Shown here in pieces: positions 43,877 to 43,988 of a DNA stretch of 43,988 nt. Numbering within the stretch: the first letter of the stretch is position 1; every line of letters begins with the position of its first letter. Below the pieces are notes generated by a model that was not told the origin of the DNA, searched no databases, and saw only the letters and a list, made by a program, of their open reading frames with translations. This DNA comes from Kluyvera sp. (GTDB lineage: Bacteria > Pseudomonadota > Gammaproteobacteria > Enterobacterales > Enterobacteriaceae), in assembly GCA_051656825.1 (NCBI GenBank), contig JBOFJM010000711.1, forward strand, positions 1 through 43,988. The letters are read 5' to 3'. A program made the position numbers and the translations under genes.

Positions 43877-43988
43877 AAGCAAGCAGAGCCACCCCTCGCA
43901 TCTGGCAAACTGACTGGCTGCTGTTACGAGCGCTGGCACGACGATTACGCGAGCAGGTAGGACAGCATGTTCAACCTGGAACATTCAT
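43873..43988 (+). CDS. Partial ORF coupled to the GT2 gene, product unknown (possibly a methyltransferase)
   Basis: ATGA overlap with the GT2 stop; MKASRATPRIWQTDWLLLRALARRLREQVGQHVQPGTF, open to the window end. Confidence 0.6.
   Translation, partial: MKASRATPRIWQTDWLLLRALARRLREQVGQHVQPGTF

Overview
Enterobacteriaceae core chromosome, syntenic with the E. coli yigA-ilvY region: yigA(partial)-dapF-lptM/yifL-cyaY, cyaA, hemCDXY, GlmZ sRNA, argX-hisR-leuT-proM tRNA operon, yifK/thrP, the full enterobacterial common antigen (wec/rff) cluster, rho, trxA, rhlB, gppA, rep, ppiC, ilvC and ilvY. Three departures from that backbone stand out. (1) A ~4 kb insert between cyaY and cyaA carries an orphan polymorphic-toxin-like pair. 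One gene encodes a 732-aa protein with a WHxxxH/YMHL/WHFHP (WHIX-like T6SS delivery) region and an AT-rich GH19/lysozyme-like C-terminal domain. The other is a coupled, signal-peptide-bearing putative immunity gene that is split by a single -1 frameshift at an A7 run. (2) tRNA-Pro(UGG) proM is tandemly duplicated together with its spacer and terminator. (3) Downstream of ilvY, where E. coli has ilvA, an accessory block encodes a DhaK/DhaL-like kinase pair without dhaM, the enoyl-ACP reductase FabV, an AT-rich regulatory region, and the start of a GT2 glycosyltransferase operon that runs off the window. All calls come from reading the sequence and recalling protein families; no database searches were run.
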